From: Aplysia californica
Lineage: Eukaryota
Direction of reading: 5' to 3'
Assembly (NCBI RefSeq): GCF_000002075.1
Contig: NW_004797278.1
Coordinates: 103,453 to 166,739 of the forward strand
Length of the DNA stretch: 63,287 nt
In this document: piece after piece, positions 36,129 through 49,605 of the stretch
Layout: every line of letters starts with the position of its first letter
Position numbering within the stretch: the stretch's first letter is position 1
The notes under the pieces: model-generated
Seen by the model: only the letters and a program-made list of their open reading frames with translations
What the model was told of the DNA's origin: nothing
Databases searched by the model: none
Translations under genes and position numbers: made by a program

Positions 36129-38336
36129 TACGTGCTATGAGAACTTTTTATGCATGTACATTGTTTCACATTAATCCAGCATGTTATTTTCCTGGTTGCA
36201 CTTTACGGAGATGTGACCATGAATTGAATACAACAATTGTAACATAGTCTTCCAATCATTGCCAGTTGATGGCACTTGCTCTCGTGTGGTAGATTCGATA
36301 GAAGCAAAACTGGTCCATCATAACTGATAGAACCCCTTCCAACCTCTGTCAACAGTACTGGAAAATTTATACAAATCATACGGTAATGCACCAATTTCTT
36401 AAATTCCTACCAACATTTGTTCTGCTCTGTTTTTCTGTTTACTCATGAAAAAAACATTCATAAATTTCTCTCTTGAGACAATTTCATTGACTTGATCTTG
36501 AAGGATGCTCTTAAAGTATATTTGGAATAATCAAGGGCTGTAAGTTAAAACGAACAAATCTGTTACTGGTTATATGAATTTAGAAAGAAATTAGTATTGT
36601 GTGTAACTGTTTGAAGAGAGGTGCAGACCAATTTTTTTCCTCCATCTTCTGAAGGCAGCTAAATTCTCATCTTCAGTGTTTTTTAGACATTATTTGTATT
36701 CATTTTGTATAATATTATATACTCTGTTGTTTTCATATACTAGAACAGTCACCACAGATCTTCTCAAGACTTACTGTATGTTGTTTGATTAGCAGAGATG
36801 TGCTGGGGGGGGGGGGGGGGGCAGCTGAGGGCTATCTTGCTTATTAGTGTTTCAAATGTTACCAAATTTCACACATATAACAAGCATAGTAAGGAGTCTT
36901 AAAATCCGCAATCAGATTTGAGATAAAAGTTTTATATGGTGGCCATATTGGATTTTGTTGACATGTCTTACATAATTAATACCTCACTTTTTTTTTCGTG
37001 GGAAGAAATTGGTTTTTTGCATGCGTCTTGGCAAACATTAGATATACAAATTTGTCTTATGAATTTTTCCTAAACATACTGGAAATTTTTTAATGAATTT
37101 TTTCCTGAGGTATTCACGTTTACAAAAAATCCGTGAAAATCCACTCCAAACACCACCATCAAAAGTATATAGAAAAGCCACGTTTTGAGAAAACGGATGA
37201 TAAAGAAAGAGAAAAGATTGACTTTATTAGGAAATGGTGGTGACAAACACATGCCCGGTACAGGAAGAAATAAGGTTTTAGGGGTTTTTTATGTGATCAA
37301 ATAGTTGTAGGAGAGGCTTAAAGAAGCTAAAAATGCCTACAACTTAAAATCCATAGTGTTTAGATCACTTTTCCCTGGCATGAGTCATAGAAAGCATCAG
37401 GGTTTTTGAATACCCAAACCCCTCAAGAAAATATCCTCTTTTTCTTCTCGAGGGGGGGGGGGTGTCCTATCTTTCTTTTGCTGCTCCGTTTGCCTTCTTC
37501 TTTTTTTTGAAAGGGAGAGAGGGGCATCCCATTTCCTGTTGAGAGTACATCAGTGCTGTTTCTGAAAGTGAAAAGGAGAGGGGTTGCTGGCATTGAAGCT
37601 TTTGTAACATAAGCTGGAGTTTGTTGGGTTTTTTTTTAATAGATTTAATTAAAGCAATATATTTCTGAGATATATTATACGATTTATTTGATTCACATTA
37701 TACATGCACTTTTCAAAAGTAGTTTATATATTACATCTGTTTGATAGCAAGTACTATTTATTGTGTTCACATTGTGTGGCTTCTGTTGATTTTAGTAACT
37801 ACTTTAAACAAGACAAATTTTTCCCACAGAACTAATGTTATACATATGTACAGATTAATATTGTGCACTTTATATTTTATTAAGTAACCATGGATTATCT
37901 GTTGTCTTTATATTTCTTAACATAAATGAAACAAAAAATGTACTTTTGCCATAAGATGTAATTTCAGTGAAAATTGTTGCCCTTAAATTGGATTGGACCT
38001 TGAGATCTTTTACGTCCCATCGCAGCATAACATAATTTCCAAAGTAATACTGACTTATGTTAAAACAGAAACACACTGACTCGATAATAAACTTTTCAAC
38101 TGGGCAAAAGTGAGGCAACTCAAAAATTGTGCAGTGATATAAAAATGAATAGGATACTCCCATGGTCACTGCTTATCTCCTACAACTGAACACACATGAC
38201 CGTCATGTTTTTTTCAACTGGAGGCACTTGTTATATCATTAATGTTGACCTGAGGCTGTAGTTTATTTATGAGTGCATGCACATCTGTTTGTACATAAAA
38301 TGTTTTTTCACCTCTGTATTTTGTAAGTGTTTATTC

Positions 38337-38401
38337 ATTAAAAAAAAGATGTTTTGTTTCAGTTACGTTCGTATATGTGCATATGACCATGCTTCAATAA
38401 A
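38337..38401 (+). terminator. Probable SLBP polyadenylation signals (3' UTR about 2.3 kb)
   Basis: ATTAAA at 38337 and AATAAA at 38396 end a U-rich tract and are followed by T/GT-rich sequence. A Pumilio-type TGTACATA lies at 38290. Confidence 0.45.
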
Positions 38402-39494
38402 TAACTTTAATTAATTATTAATTTTTGGCTTTGGTTTATCTATATTGCAATGCATTATAGAAAACTACAACAAAAGCTGTCTGTCATGAGCTCTGTGGGG
38501 GAAGTCTCTGTGATATCCCAACATGTCTTCTTGAGGGAAAGGGTCTGCTGTGTCCCCAGATCTCAATGGGTATCTCGGCAATAGATTCTCTACCTTGCAG
38601 TGGAACTAGTTGCTTTACATACTCATCCCATCTTTTTCCTGTAATTTTCTTAAGAAATCTTGATGTAGCCTACATAAATCACAACAATTTCTGATGGGTA
38701 CAAGATATCCATTACCATAGTTTTCTAATGACGGGCACATTTTTGTGATCTTTTTTTAAGTTAGCAAAAAGAATTAGCAGTAACTACAACTCAAAATCTT
38801 TCAGTTTCACTTTCTTACCCATTATTGCTTTTTTCATGTAGGGAAGACAAAAGGGGTGTAATTAAATTCTAATCCTTAGCAGAGGCTTTGTATTTTGAGT
38901 TGTATGAAATAATAATTGTCAACTTTGATTTTTGGAAACCACTGATTTAGAATTTTCCTGATTCAATGAGGTGTGCTCTTTTTTGTACTTTCAGTTTCTG
39001 TGACCAAAGTGCCTTCATACTCGCATACAGAATCACTGAGAATCTCCTAGTTTTTATTTATTCTTTTTTTAATGTTCTGTGGGCTCAAATGTGAACTTGA
39101 TGACCTGGTGAACACAGAAGAGCCAAAATTATGACAGCCACATAAACCGTTCTTGAAGGTAGATGAAATATGTAGATTCTAGGCCTACATGTACTTGAAA
39201 GTATGTTTGCTGTCCTGTTCTTCTTTGCTTTTGGGACGGCATTAATTCAGGGTTTCATAAGAGGGTTTGCTCTTTTACTTTCACTTTCAGCAACTGATGT
39301 GCCTCTATACTCACTCTAGAAGGTGGCTGGCAGGTGCTCTGGTTTGGTTTGCTTTTTCTCCTTTCCTGTCGACAAACATCTATTGTCCTTAAATCTATCC
39401 TCCATTTTTTTGTTGGCTACTTTCTTGTCAGTCTTGTAACACCTCTAATCTTCTTATGATCTCATTGTGAAGCAAGTGCCCATAACTTACTTAA

Positions 39495-39729
39495 CCCTAT
39501 ACATACGTCGTGTTTTACCATGGTATCCATACGATGTGGGCAACTCTGTGCCACCACTATCCAAAGAGGAAATTTACTCGTTGATCCGTACGCTTTGCAT
39601 AGCAGTCTATAAAAATGATTTTTTGAGAAATACTGAAAAGTTCAAAGAGATCTTCGTACTAAAAGTATTTTCAAATGTGAAGAATGCCACCCCGGTGGTA
39701 CAAAATGACCCCAGGGCGTACGGATAGGG
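39495..39729. mobile_element. piggyBac-type MITE nested in a SINE tail
   Basis: TTAA|ccctatacatacg ... cgtacggataggg|TTAA. Confidence 0.65.
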
Positions 39730-40857
39730 TTAAACAAAACACTACACTAAGAACTTTCTAGTTTTTACAGGATTTCAATTCTTTGAAGGTTCAGGCCTTG
39801 TCTTCACATGCCTAAGTCGACAATGGTCTGTACAAAGTCCATCAGCACAAACAGATCTCAAAGACTTCTCTTGGCATGCTTTTCAAACTGTTGTATTCCA
39901 GACAGCACAAACACCCCCCCGGAAATAGACACTATTTGGAGATGTCTCTCTTTAACAATATGTGTGCATATTTATGTATACATAGGCTACATGAAAACTC
40001 CCAATCTTTTTTATTACTCTGAGTAGAGCAGGATCAAACAAAACACACTTTTGGGGGGGGGGGGCAACAATTTATTTACACACAGAAATACTTTTATAAG
40101 AGAATATATTATATAGCGTTTTTTGTTATAAAGTGGATGGTTAGTACTAGATATCTGAATGAAACTTCTTGGGGGGGGGGGGGTAAATGGCAAATTACCC
40201 TCAGTATTAGTACCTGTACCAGGTTGGCTACTTAACTTTCAGTGCATTTTTAAAACTTTGTACATTATTGGTTGGTATTTTTTTTACTGAAACTAGTTCC
40301 TAAATGGGAAAAGTTGTCACAGTAACTTACTAAAATCACCAAAAATTTCATTATCTCTTGTTCTTTTATTCACTGAAGGAGAAATAAAACGTTTGTTCCT
40401 ACTAGTACAAGTATATGAGGTTGAATGTGCCCGCCGCCCTTAAAAAAAAAAAAATCCTCCCCGTTTATTAGTTTTGGACCACTTGTCCATCCTCCCCCTC
40501 CCTTTGAGTATTTTATGTCTCAGCATTGTCAACTACAATTACACCTGAAAAATGTAGGTGGTTGATGCTTTGGTCTTGTTTTGCCTCTTCTTTCCTATCC
40601 AACCTCTCTGTGTCTCTCCCCTTTTTGTACATATGTATTTGTTACCATCACTCTCTTGTAACCCCTTTAATCTTTGGCACTTATATGGCCTAATTGTTTT
40701 GCAAGTGCCGTAAAATCCTTACTTACTTAAACCCTTCCTCCAAAAATGTGGAAATGGCCATTGTCAATGTGTTTTACTCTGCACCTATGACATCATGCTG
40801 TGTCTTCATATTGAAAGATATGTAGAGTTATAGCTTTATTTTATTCTCTCTCTCTCT

Positions 40858-40914
<57 letters not shown>

Positions 40915-41577
40915 GTTATCACGCCACCCCTTCTCTCTCACACACATACACACGCACGCATGTACTCACATTGGTCTGGATTGTTTTATGTGACATAAAG
41001 TACTAATTTGACTGCGCATAATGGTAAGACATGTGCCTACCATGTACACTTTAGAAAACAAGGTACATGTAATACGACCTTGTGGAACCCGAACACAGAA
41101 TTCAGTTGACTGACAGTAGCGACAGTGAATTTTGCTCCGATTGCAAGTGCTGAAGGAGAGCTCAGAGAGAGGTGGGTGGATGGGGTGTGGTGGAGGGGAT
41201 AACGTGGCCGTGCGGCCCCACTATGCCGTACACACACAATGAATATAATACATGTATCTAGTGCGACTTCCTCTTTTCTCCGTATTCGTAACACTTACCT
41301 GTCGTTACATTTTTATTCTTCGATCTCGAAAACAAATGTTCACGGTACATGAAGTGTCGAAGGCTAACACCGAAGATTTAAAACGCCGAGTACTTAAATT
41401 TAACGGAGCTGGCGATAACAGCCCGCTTCTCAAGGGCAAGAGGATAAAATTTTTACTTTGGAGAACCTTTAAAAAAACCACGTTGTCACCCTCGGTAAAA
41501 CAGCAGCTGTTTGCTCTTTCATTTGGTTGTGGCCACCAGCGCGTGTATATTATGAAGGCCTAAATGTAAGTACTTGT

Positions 41578-42100
41578 AGTGGGTGGTTGGAGGGCGCTCT
41601 GGTGTGGTTTGCTTTTTCTTTCCTATCAAACATCTATCATCCTTTTCTCCCATTCTTCTTTTTTATGTTTGTTACTCTCTTGTACCAGTACACCTCTGAT
41701 CTTCTGGCGCTCACATGTCCTTATGCAGTTGCGAGCGCCGTAAAACCTATACTAAAAAACGAAGTACTTGTAGTTATCAACTCTACCGCCACAGCTGCAG
41801 GCAGTGTGATAATAATAATAATAATAATATACAAATTATGTAGGATGTAGTAGATCATGCACACTAGACTATGTATTATGCACCGTTGTTACAAATATTA
41901 TTGTGGGTGGTTGGCTGGTGCTCTGGTGTGGTTTGCTTCTTCTTTCCAATCGGACATCTATGATCTATCGTCCTTATATATCTCCCCTTCTTTTTTATGT
42001 TTGTTACTCTCTTGTGACACCTCTAATCATCTGGCGCTCATATTACCTTATGCAGTTGCGAGCGCCGTAAAACCTCTAGATCTACTAAAACTAAACTAAA
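41578..42100 (+). mobile_element. Two nearby 5'-truncated family A SINE copies upstream of the CREBRF promoter
   Basis: gggtggttgg..gctctggtgtggtttgct...ccttatgcagttgcgagcgccgtaaaacct occurs twice, at 41578-41757 and 41903-42100. Confidence 0.7.
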
Positions 42101-42539
42101 CAAATATTATTCCACGTTGTGATCTGTTCGATACTGGATTTGAGAAGAAAAAGAGACTCGCGCGAAGTGAGTGAACTGCGACGAGTAACAACATAACAAA
42201 ACACATCGCTGACAAACAGACCAATGTACGCATATAGAAACATCGACCAGGAACGGATTAACATAGTATTTTCGTGCATTTCAAAATCGATATCATTCAA
42301 TTCATTCCTCACATCGTAGGCATTCTAGATATTATAATATCATAATATAAACTTTGGTAGGCCTAAATTATAGGTCAAAGGTAGATTATGTGCTGTCATC
42401 AAAATGACATTTATTTAGGCCGAGGTGGGTTGGCGCCTTTACCCAGTCTCCTCACTATACAGTTTGGATGCTCGGGCAAAAAATATAAAACTGCATGTTT
42501 ACAACTTATTGTTATTTAAATTCGACCCCATGTGTCGAT

Positions 42540-42905
42540 TCTGACGTCATATATTTGCGATGACGCACTTCCGATTTTCAACCAATGACTGCGGTGGTCC
42601 CTGACCTCGTTGTATTTTTGCCCTGTTCTGATTGGCTGAACTCGAGGCATGTGTACGTCAAAAACATCAGTGCTTTCGTCGAGGGGAGTTTGTGTAACTT
42701 CGAAGCCGAATTTAACTAGCGAGCACATGGGAGTTGCTCTCATACACCAGTGAGTAGTCGACGCCGCTCACACAACCGTGTGTACTCCTCTGTTATACCG
42801 GCACTGGACGTTTTCAACGCAGTTATTAGTGGATTTATCTTTCTATAAAAAGATTCTGTTAGTGACAGGCCTTCCAAGTAACCTTTCATTTGTGGCAGTA
42901 CGGTA
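42540..42905 (+). promoter_or_regulatory. CREBRF distal promoter and probable non-coding exon 1
   Basis: CpG-rich. Full CRE TGACGTCA (42542), TGACGCA (42561), ETS-like CACTTCCG (42566), CCAAT (42582), ATTGG (42631), TACGTCA (42654), and candidate donors gtaacc (about 42878) and gtaggt (42903). Confidence 0.6.
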
Positions 42906-44844
42906 GGTAAAATGATATTATATGGTATATTATTCAATCTGCGAGTTTTTAAGTCCCGGAGTTGTGTGTCACATGCTATAATAGCCATTTGAATGAATTC
43001 GTACTATAAATTACGTATATATGTATTTGGAACTATGATTTTCTGTGCTAATGGTAGATCCACGAAAGCAATTGTTATGTGGGCTGTCCAAATGATAGCA
43101 AAGCAAGTGCTCGCGAATTTAAAAAAAAAAAATTTCTTTATTTTTTATTTATTTGTTTATTTATTAATGTATTTATTCTTGTTTAGAGGAGAGGTGCAGA
43201 TTACATCTTTGATCAAACAAATTGAATTTTAAAAATTGAATGTTATTGTCACTAGATCTATAGTCACATGAAGAACGAGGGATATACTAGGCTTTTTTGC
43301 TTACATAATAATATAGTCTTTGTATGTTTAGGCTTGAGGCTTTCAAAGTTTGTGCGTATCTTTGGTTCTAAGATTAATGTGTGAACACACACTATTTCAT
43401 AAAAAGTGTGTTAATCTTCTGTATGCATTTACATTATGTGCGAAGATCTAAGTGTGTGCTTTTAAACCTCTATAATCTTTAGGCGAAACCATGAAAGGAT
43501 GATGATGCTTTTTTTAATACCAACTGTTAATGTAAATTCAGGCTCTTTAGTTAAGTAAGGGTTTTGTGGCGCTTGCAACTGCGCAAGGTCTCAGGTTCTG
43601 GAACAATCACAAAAATTTGTTGAACGTAGATATATGTCCCCTTATTGTCATTTTTTGTCTGCATGACTTAGGCTACCAAAAAGATTGACTTATAATTATA
43701 GGCACACGGTACAGACTAAAGTTATTTCAATATAAATCTTTCAACAAATCTGTGTGCATGAGTTAACAACTTGTGCTGTGTACGTGTGTGTGTTTATGCT
43801 TGCATTTTATGTGAAACATGTGACAAAGTTAGGAGGAGAAAAAGAGAAAGGGGGAGGGGTAGGAGGGGGTTCTAATGGCAGTCACTGAGAGGTTTATTTG
43901 CTATCACATTAGAAATATAAGCGTTGGTATGTTTCACTTTCAAGGAATTAATAGGCTACTTTATAGACTGTAATGATTTTTTACCCCCTCCACCCGTTCG
44001 TCGTCNNNNNNNNNNNNNNNNNNNNNNNNNNNNNNNNNNNNNNNNNNNNNNNNNNNNNNNNNNNNNNNNNNNNNNNNNNNNNNNNNNNNNNNNNNNNNNN
44101 NNNNNCCCACGACCCTGCTTCTCTGTCTCGCTATAGCTCTTTCCTTATCCCCCTTCTTACTCATTCATTCACATCTTTCTTCTTTCTGTTTCAAATTATC
44201 TCGCTACTTTTTAGTCTCAAACAAACGTAAAAGTCACGTTAAACCATAGCTTTCCATGCATAAAAGAAGTGATTGCGATTGAGAGATGGTGTGAGGGAGC
44301 GAGATCAGAAGAAACCTATGTCATAAGTGTGTAATGAATTTCATTTTATCTTTCTTTGTCAGATTTATCCTGTTCAACCCGTCTCAAGCACGATGATAGG
44401 CCTTATGAGGTAATTGAGTTGTATTTGTAGTTAAACTATTGATGTGATGCCGTACGGCTTTTCGGGATGAGTCACAGAAAATCAAGCTTTAGAAAAACCC
44501 CCGGAAACCGAATGCGGTTATTTATAGCACATGGAAGGTTTCCCCCCTCGTTTCTGTTTGTGATGACGTAGACAAAAACATCTTGTTGACGCCCAATGGC
44601 CTTCACCGAATTTCACCAATGATGTCAATATCTATTTTTAGGTTTGTTTTTTTCAAGTAAACCTGAGTGATCAGCTATTTTTTTCTCTTTTGATTGTTTC
44701 AAAAACGTTTATTGTGAAAATTAAAACTATGTAAATGTTGAAGAAGGACTGTAAAACCGTAGAGTATGATTGGAAAATTTCATTCACCTCTGTTCTTTCG
44801 TAAGTTTATTAAATATTCATAGCCAGGGGGCTGTCCCTTTTCCT

Positions 44845-45060
44845 TCCAACCAATGAAAGTTCTTCTATTTATATCTCAATTTTCCTATTGGCTGTCTTTC
44901 TGCTGACGTTCCTATATTTTCACCTTTAGACAGTCACGGGGCAGATCAAAACAAACCAACGTTGTGAGCGCGACGTGTTATTATTCAGTGAAGTCTTCTT
45001 GCGAGTGAAATCTTGTATTGAAGTTTTCATATTTCTATTCAATTAAAAGATTCTGGGTAA
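44845..45060 (+). promoter_or_regulatory. Candidate second CREBRF promoter and short non-coding exon
   Basis: CCAAT near 44850, ATTGG near 44887, TGACGT and CGACGTG motifs, an Inr-like TCAGT near 44985 and a strong GG|gtaagt donor at 45057. Confidence 0.45.
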
Positions 45061-46689
45061 GTAGTGACCTTTGTATTAGTAGCTTTAGGTAAACGATACG
45101 TGGTAGTGAAATGTAGTAGATCTACTTGGCAATAGTCACTGAGAATAGTTTTAATATTGAATGAGAAGGCCATGATGACTGAATGCTCAAGGCTTATATA
45201 TGATATGTCGAAACTTTTATGCAATCTTTCATACAATGTGACCGAACACAACGCCAGCGAGAGTTATTTTTCTGTTAGAATCCGGAAACTGAAATGTTGT
45301 AATTACAGTTTTCATAGTGTATCATAAGTAATACGCTGTTTAACAGTACGTTAGGAGAGTTATTTTCACCAAAACAAATCTGACGATCCAGAATATTCCT
45401 GTTCCTGTTGTGTTCGCCAAGTGTGACCTTGGTGACCTCGTTTGCGACGAGGAAAGGTTTCCCCGTGGCCCCTGGCAAAATGGCGCGAGGCGATGAATCA
45501 GTGTCGAGCGCAGGCCAAGAAACGAGAGGTCTCCACTCCTTTTCCCAACTGGAATTCCCCACAGGTCCTCGTGCAGACTTTCGTCTCTCGACTCTCGATA
45601 TGATGGTTTTCTTTTGGACTTGAACATTATTTTTCTCTCTGGAATGTCACTGACTTTGTTGTGTTGAGCTCTTCATGAGTTTGGGAAGTGATTCCACTGC
45701 TAGAATCTAGGCTGTTCTCGATCTACATAATAGAATACAAATAGATCAATGGATGATTGAAGATTCTTCATCATATATCATAATGTATAGTATAGACAGT
45801 TTAGAAGATCTACGAAGATTGGTTTAGTTTCTATCGGGAAATCACCATTCATAATGACTTTGTGAACTTTGTCAATTCAAGCTATGGTCTTTTACTCTTG
45901 TGTTGTGTTGCCAGCCAACAGCTTTGGACTTTGGATTCTTCATAGGCTTTCACTTTCACCGCTTCCCCTTTTATAACGATGAAGTCATGAAGAAACGTGT
46001 AGCATTTCATTTCAATTTATAGCAGCCTGAAAATAGTAAAGACAATAAGTTGGAATGAACACTTTTCAAAATCAATTTTTTAAATTTAAATCATTCTGTG
46101 AAATAATTTGGTGACGGCTTGAGTGCGAAATTTTAGATATTTAGACCTTAAAAGGTTTTGACTTTGAAGACTTTTCATGCGTAGTGTGATGGATGGGAAA
46201 GACAAAGTGACCAGTAGGCCTACTAGATGTAGTAATCACATATTTGAATTACCACTCCCAGTTCAGGAGTTGGTAGAAAAGTCTACAATCAAAAAAGGAA
46301 ATAAGCGCCACCAAAAATGGTAGGATTTTTATTGTTATTAGAATAAAATTACCAGTTATTTTTATTCATTTTATCACATAAATAAACATGTTTTCATTGG
46401 TAAGATGGGTTATATTATGCATTTTTTCTTGACTGAGTTTTAGATGATGAACATTTTGAAACAACAAATAATAAAGCTACTCTGTTACTATTTAATTTTA
46501 AAGTCTGTATTAATGTTGTCTTTTGATCAGTGGGTAACAGTGCCATGAACTTTAATTAGAGAGCCCATACAATACTGTGCTGTCAAATGAATTCTAATCT
46601 TAAACTGCTTCAAATGAAAGCAGTTGAATGCTTTGCAAAGAGGCAAAGTAAACTTTATATTTATTAGTCTACTTTTCTTTGCATTTCAG

Positions 46690-46828
46690 TCCCCCAAGTA
46701 TTGTCAACAGTTGTCCATCTCGTCTTCAAAATCTCCATTCAGCTGTGCAGGCTCCCCTGCCAACTATAAACTCTTCCAGGTTCAACTGCCCATCAGTATC
46801 AAGTGTTCCGTTCTCAGTACCTTCTAAG
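46690..46828 (+). other. CREBRF upstream exon (5' UTR or N-terminal extension)
   Basis: ttcAG acceptor and AAG|gtatgt donor. The frame is open and continuous with the next exon at 47203, but it contains no in-frame ATG. Confidence 0.6.
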
Positions 46829-47229
46829 GTATGTATGACGTATATAATCTAAGGCATTTTAATTTGTTGTCTGTGTTTTTTTTAGAGAAATGACTTTAAA
46901 AATATTAAATCAAATTAGATCTACTATTATTTGAAAAATATTTTTTCAAGTAAACCTAAGTGGTCAGCTATTTTTTTCCATTTAATTGTATCAAAAAGGT
47001 TTGTTGTAGAAATTAAAACTTTACAAATGTTGGGCAGGTGTAGACTGAAAATTTACTTCAATTATAAGAGTTAGATGTTAGGGGAGATGTATGTTAAGTC
47101 TGTTACAAAGTGAGACGAGATGCTGCCCTCAAAAGATGTATTTTTACCTGATGCTATGATTGTCAACAGTCAGTCATATTTTGAATGTTTTATTCTTCAC
47201 AGAGACCTGTACCTCCATCTGGCGCCAAA

Positions 47230-49574
47230 ATGGATATTGTGCCCAGCCCAGGACTCATGAACACTCCATTTACTACAAGCCCACACCCTTTAATATATGA
47301 TCAGGAGAAACCAGACAGATGGGGTAGCTGCTATAACAGCACTAACCCCCTTTCAAATCCAAGTACAGATTCTTTTGTGTCTGATGAAACATATGGCTTG
47401 GATGACAAATTTGAGGACAGCAACTTGCAGACTTTGTTGACATCTGAGGTCATGAGTTCTCTCCAAACTTCTTCCGCAAACATTCCCAAAGAGTTTCAAT
47501 GGGGAGAAAAACCAGACACAATCAACTCTGTGCAGACATCAACAGACAGTTTGGGCTCTACACCAACTCTTGCAGAACTTAATATGGAATCTGATCTGTC
47601 TATTGTGTCTGAAATATTGAATCTTGACCCTGATGAAAACTCTGCACTGGATTTTCTCTGCAGCAGTATCAGTTCAACCCTACCAAGCTCAGTGTCATCT
47701 GGCTCTTTGAATTCTACACAGCCGCCGACATGCTTTACGTCTTCGTCCCAAAATTCTCAGAAATCTTGTGACCCAAAAGTTATTTCAAGCACTTCCCAGT
47801 ACGGACAAGCAAAAAGTGTGGAGGTTGCTGGAGACAATTACATCAGAAACTACACACCAGCGAGAAATAACTTCCCCCCACGAGCCTCTCAACCCCCTCT
47901 TGTTGGAGTTGTGACACCTGTCAAAAAAGAGGAAGATGAACTTGCTATGCACGATATGAAATCGTCTAGTAATTATGACAAGCTTCAGAACCAGTCACCA
48001 TTTCTCCACAAACTGTTGAAACAGCAGACAAACTCTATCAAAACAGAATGTCAAAGCTCTGTTGTTTCTGAGAACAAGGATACCACGTGTCTGATGAAAA
48101 GCGAGTTGCCTGCTCAGATTGTCCCACCATCGACAGGTGCAGCGAAGAGAAATCTCAATGGTTCTATTAAAATCGAACCAACCTCCCCAGAGACAGCACC
48201 AGTATTCCATAGTGAGGAATCCATTGAGCAAAAATGGAAAGACATTGAGAATTTCATCCATAACCCAGAAGAGCCTGTTGTCAAGAAAAGAAAACGCTGT
48301 GGTGAGTTTTGAATTTTCTCCATTCTCATATTTTTTAAATTAGAAAGTCTGTTAAGTCTAAGGGTGTTTTGTGGAACTTTCCATTAACTCAATTGGTAGG
48401 GCATTTTACCCGTGGTTGGGTTGACTCGAATACTAAATGGGAAGATGTGTCTCTGAATCGTTTAGTTTATTTTGAGATGGACATCTATTCAAGCATTCTA
48501 CATCTGAATGTAAGGGCATAGTGGTTAAACAACTTCTCTTTGTTTGATCTTGTTGTGATGTCAACTTTTTAGTCTACCTGAGTGAATGTTTTAGCAAAAC
48601 ATCTGTTTCTCTGGTATTTGTCGTTTGTACCTCAGGATATTTTGTCATTTGTTATGAGAGAACTAGGTCTGTCTGTCCTTTTTCTCAGTTTTTGGAGAAT
48701 TAAGTTAAAAATTGTTCTTCTTTTTGCCACAGTTCTGTGAATTAAATAGAATTCACTAAGAGTAGACTATTTAAATACAAACCTTAGTTTGTTTTTAAGG
48801 GGGTTAACTATTTGGATACAAATTTTAGTTTGCTTTTGAGGGGGGGGGGGGGGGGGCTCACCCTGGGTGTTTATTACTATTTCCTATTTCCAACTTGTTT
48901 TTTCCTAGGGGAGGGGGGGGGGGGGGTCATAGTTTTCTCAACATTCCCTAGTTGTTGATTGTGGTGTTTCTGTTGGAATACTATAGTTGGCTTCTTTTTT
49001 CCATATATCCATTTCTTTTTCGGTGAGTTTCAACAAACCCAACACGGCGTCTGCTACAATGACTTTGCAAAATTGTCCATTTGGGAATGCTGACATGCTA
49101 TTATTAAATCCACGTAACCGTCAGAGTTTCTATTTTTAAGGATGAGAAGTTGGGAAAGTGCCAAGTCTATTCTTATTTCCTGTTATTATATTCGTAGGTT
49201 TTCTTGATTCTCAAACTGAAGCTGAAATGTGCTTTTGTATAGACCCGATGGAGCTGTCACGACCCTTTTATTCTCTATGGGTGTGGAACGATCACGTGCC
49301 TCAACATCATGGTTGGGTGTTTCTGTTCGTGACCTGTTTCTAAAAATAGCTTAGTCATTCGCTTACTCTTCAGTGAACCAAAGATCCTTACTTTGAGTGA
49401 ACGGCAACCCCTCCCTGGAACTAGAACCGGTTCAAAACATTGAAAGGGGGTCCCCTTTCATTCGAATGCGATACTAGTCGCATAAATATATGTTTTTGCA
49501 GTGGGTGCAGCTTATTGTTGCACTTGTTTTGTGGCTAATGGTTTTCAGAGTGTCTGGTCATTGATGTTTTGTGC

Positions 49575-49605
<31 letters not shown>

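Noticed and set aside
47185-47229. ATG at 47185 as the CREBRF start
   Set aside because: It lies in the polypyrimidine tract upstream of the acceptor at 47202, so it is intronic. The ATG at 47230 has a better context.
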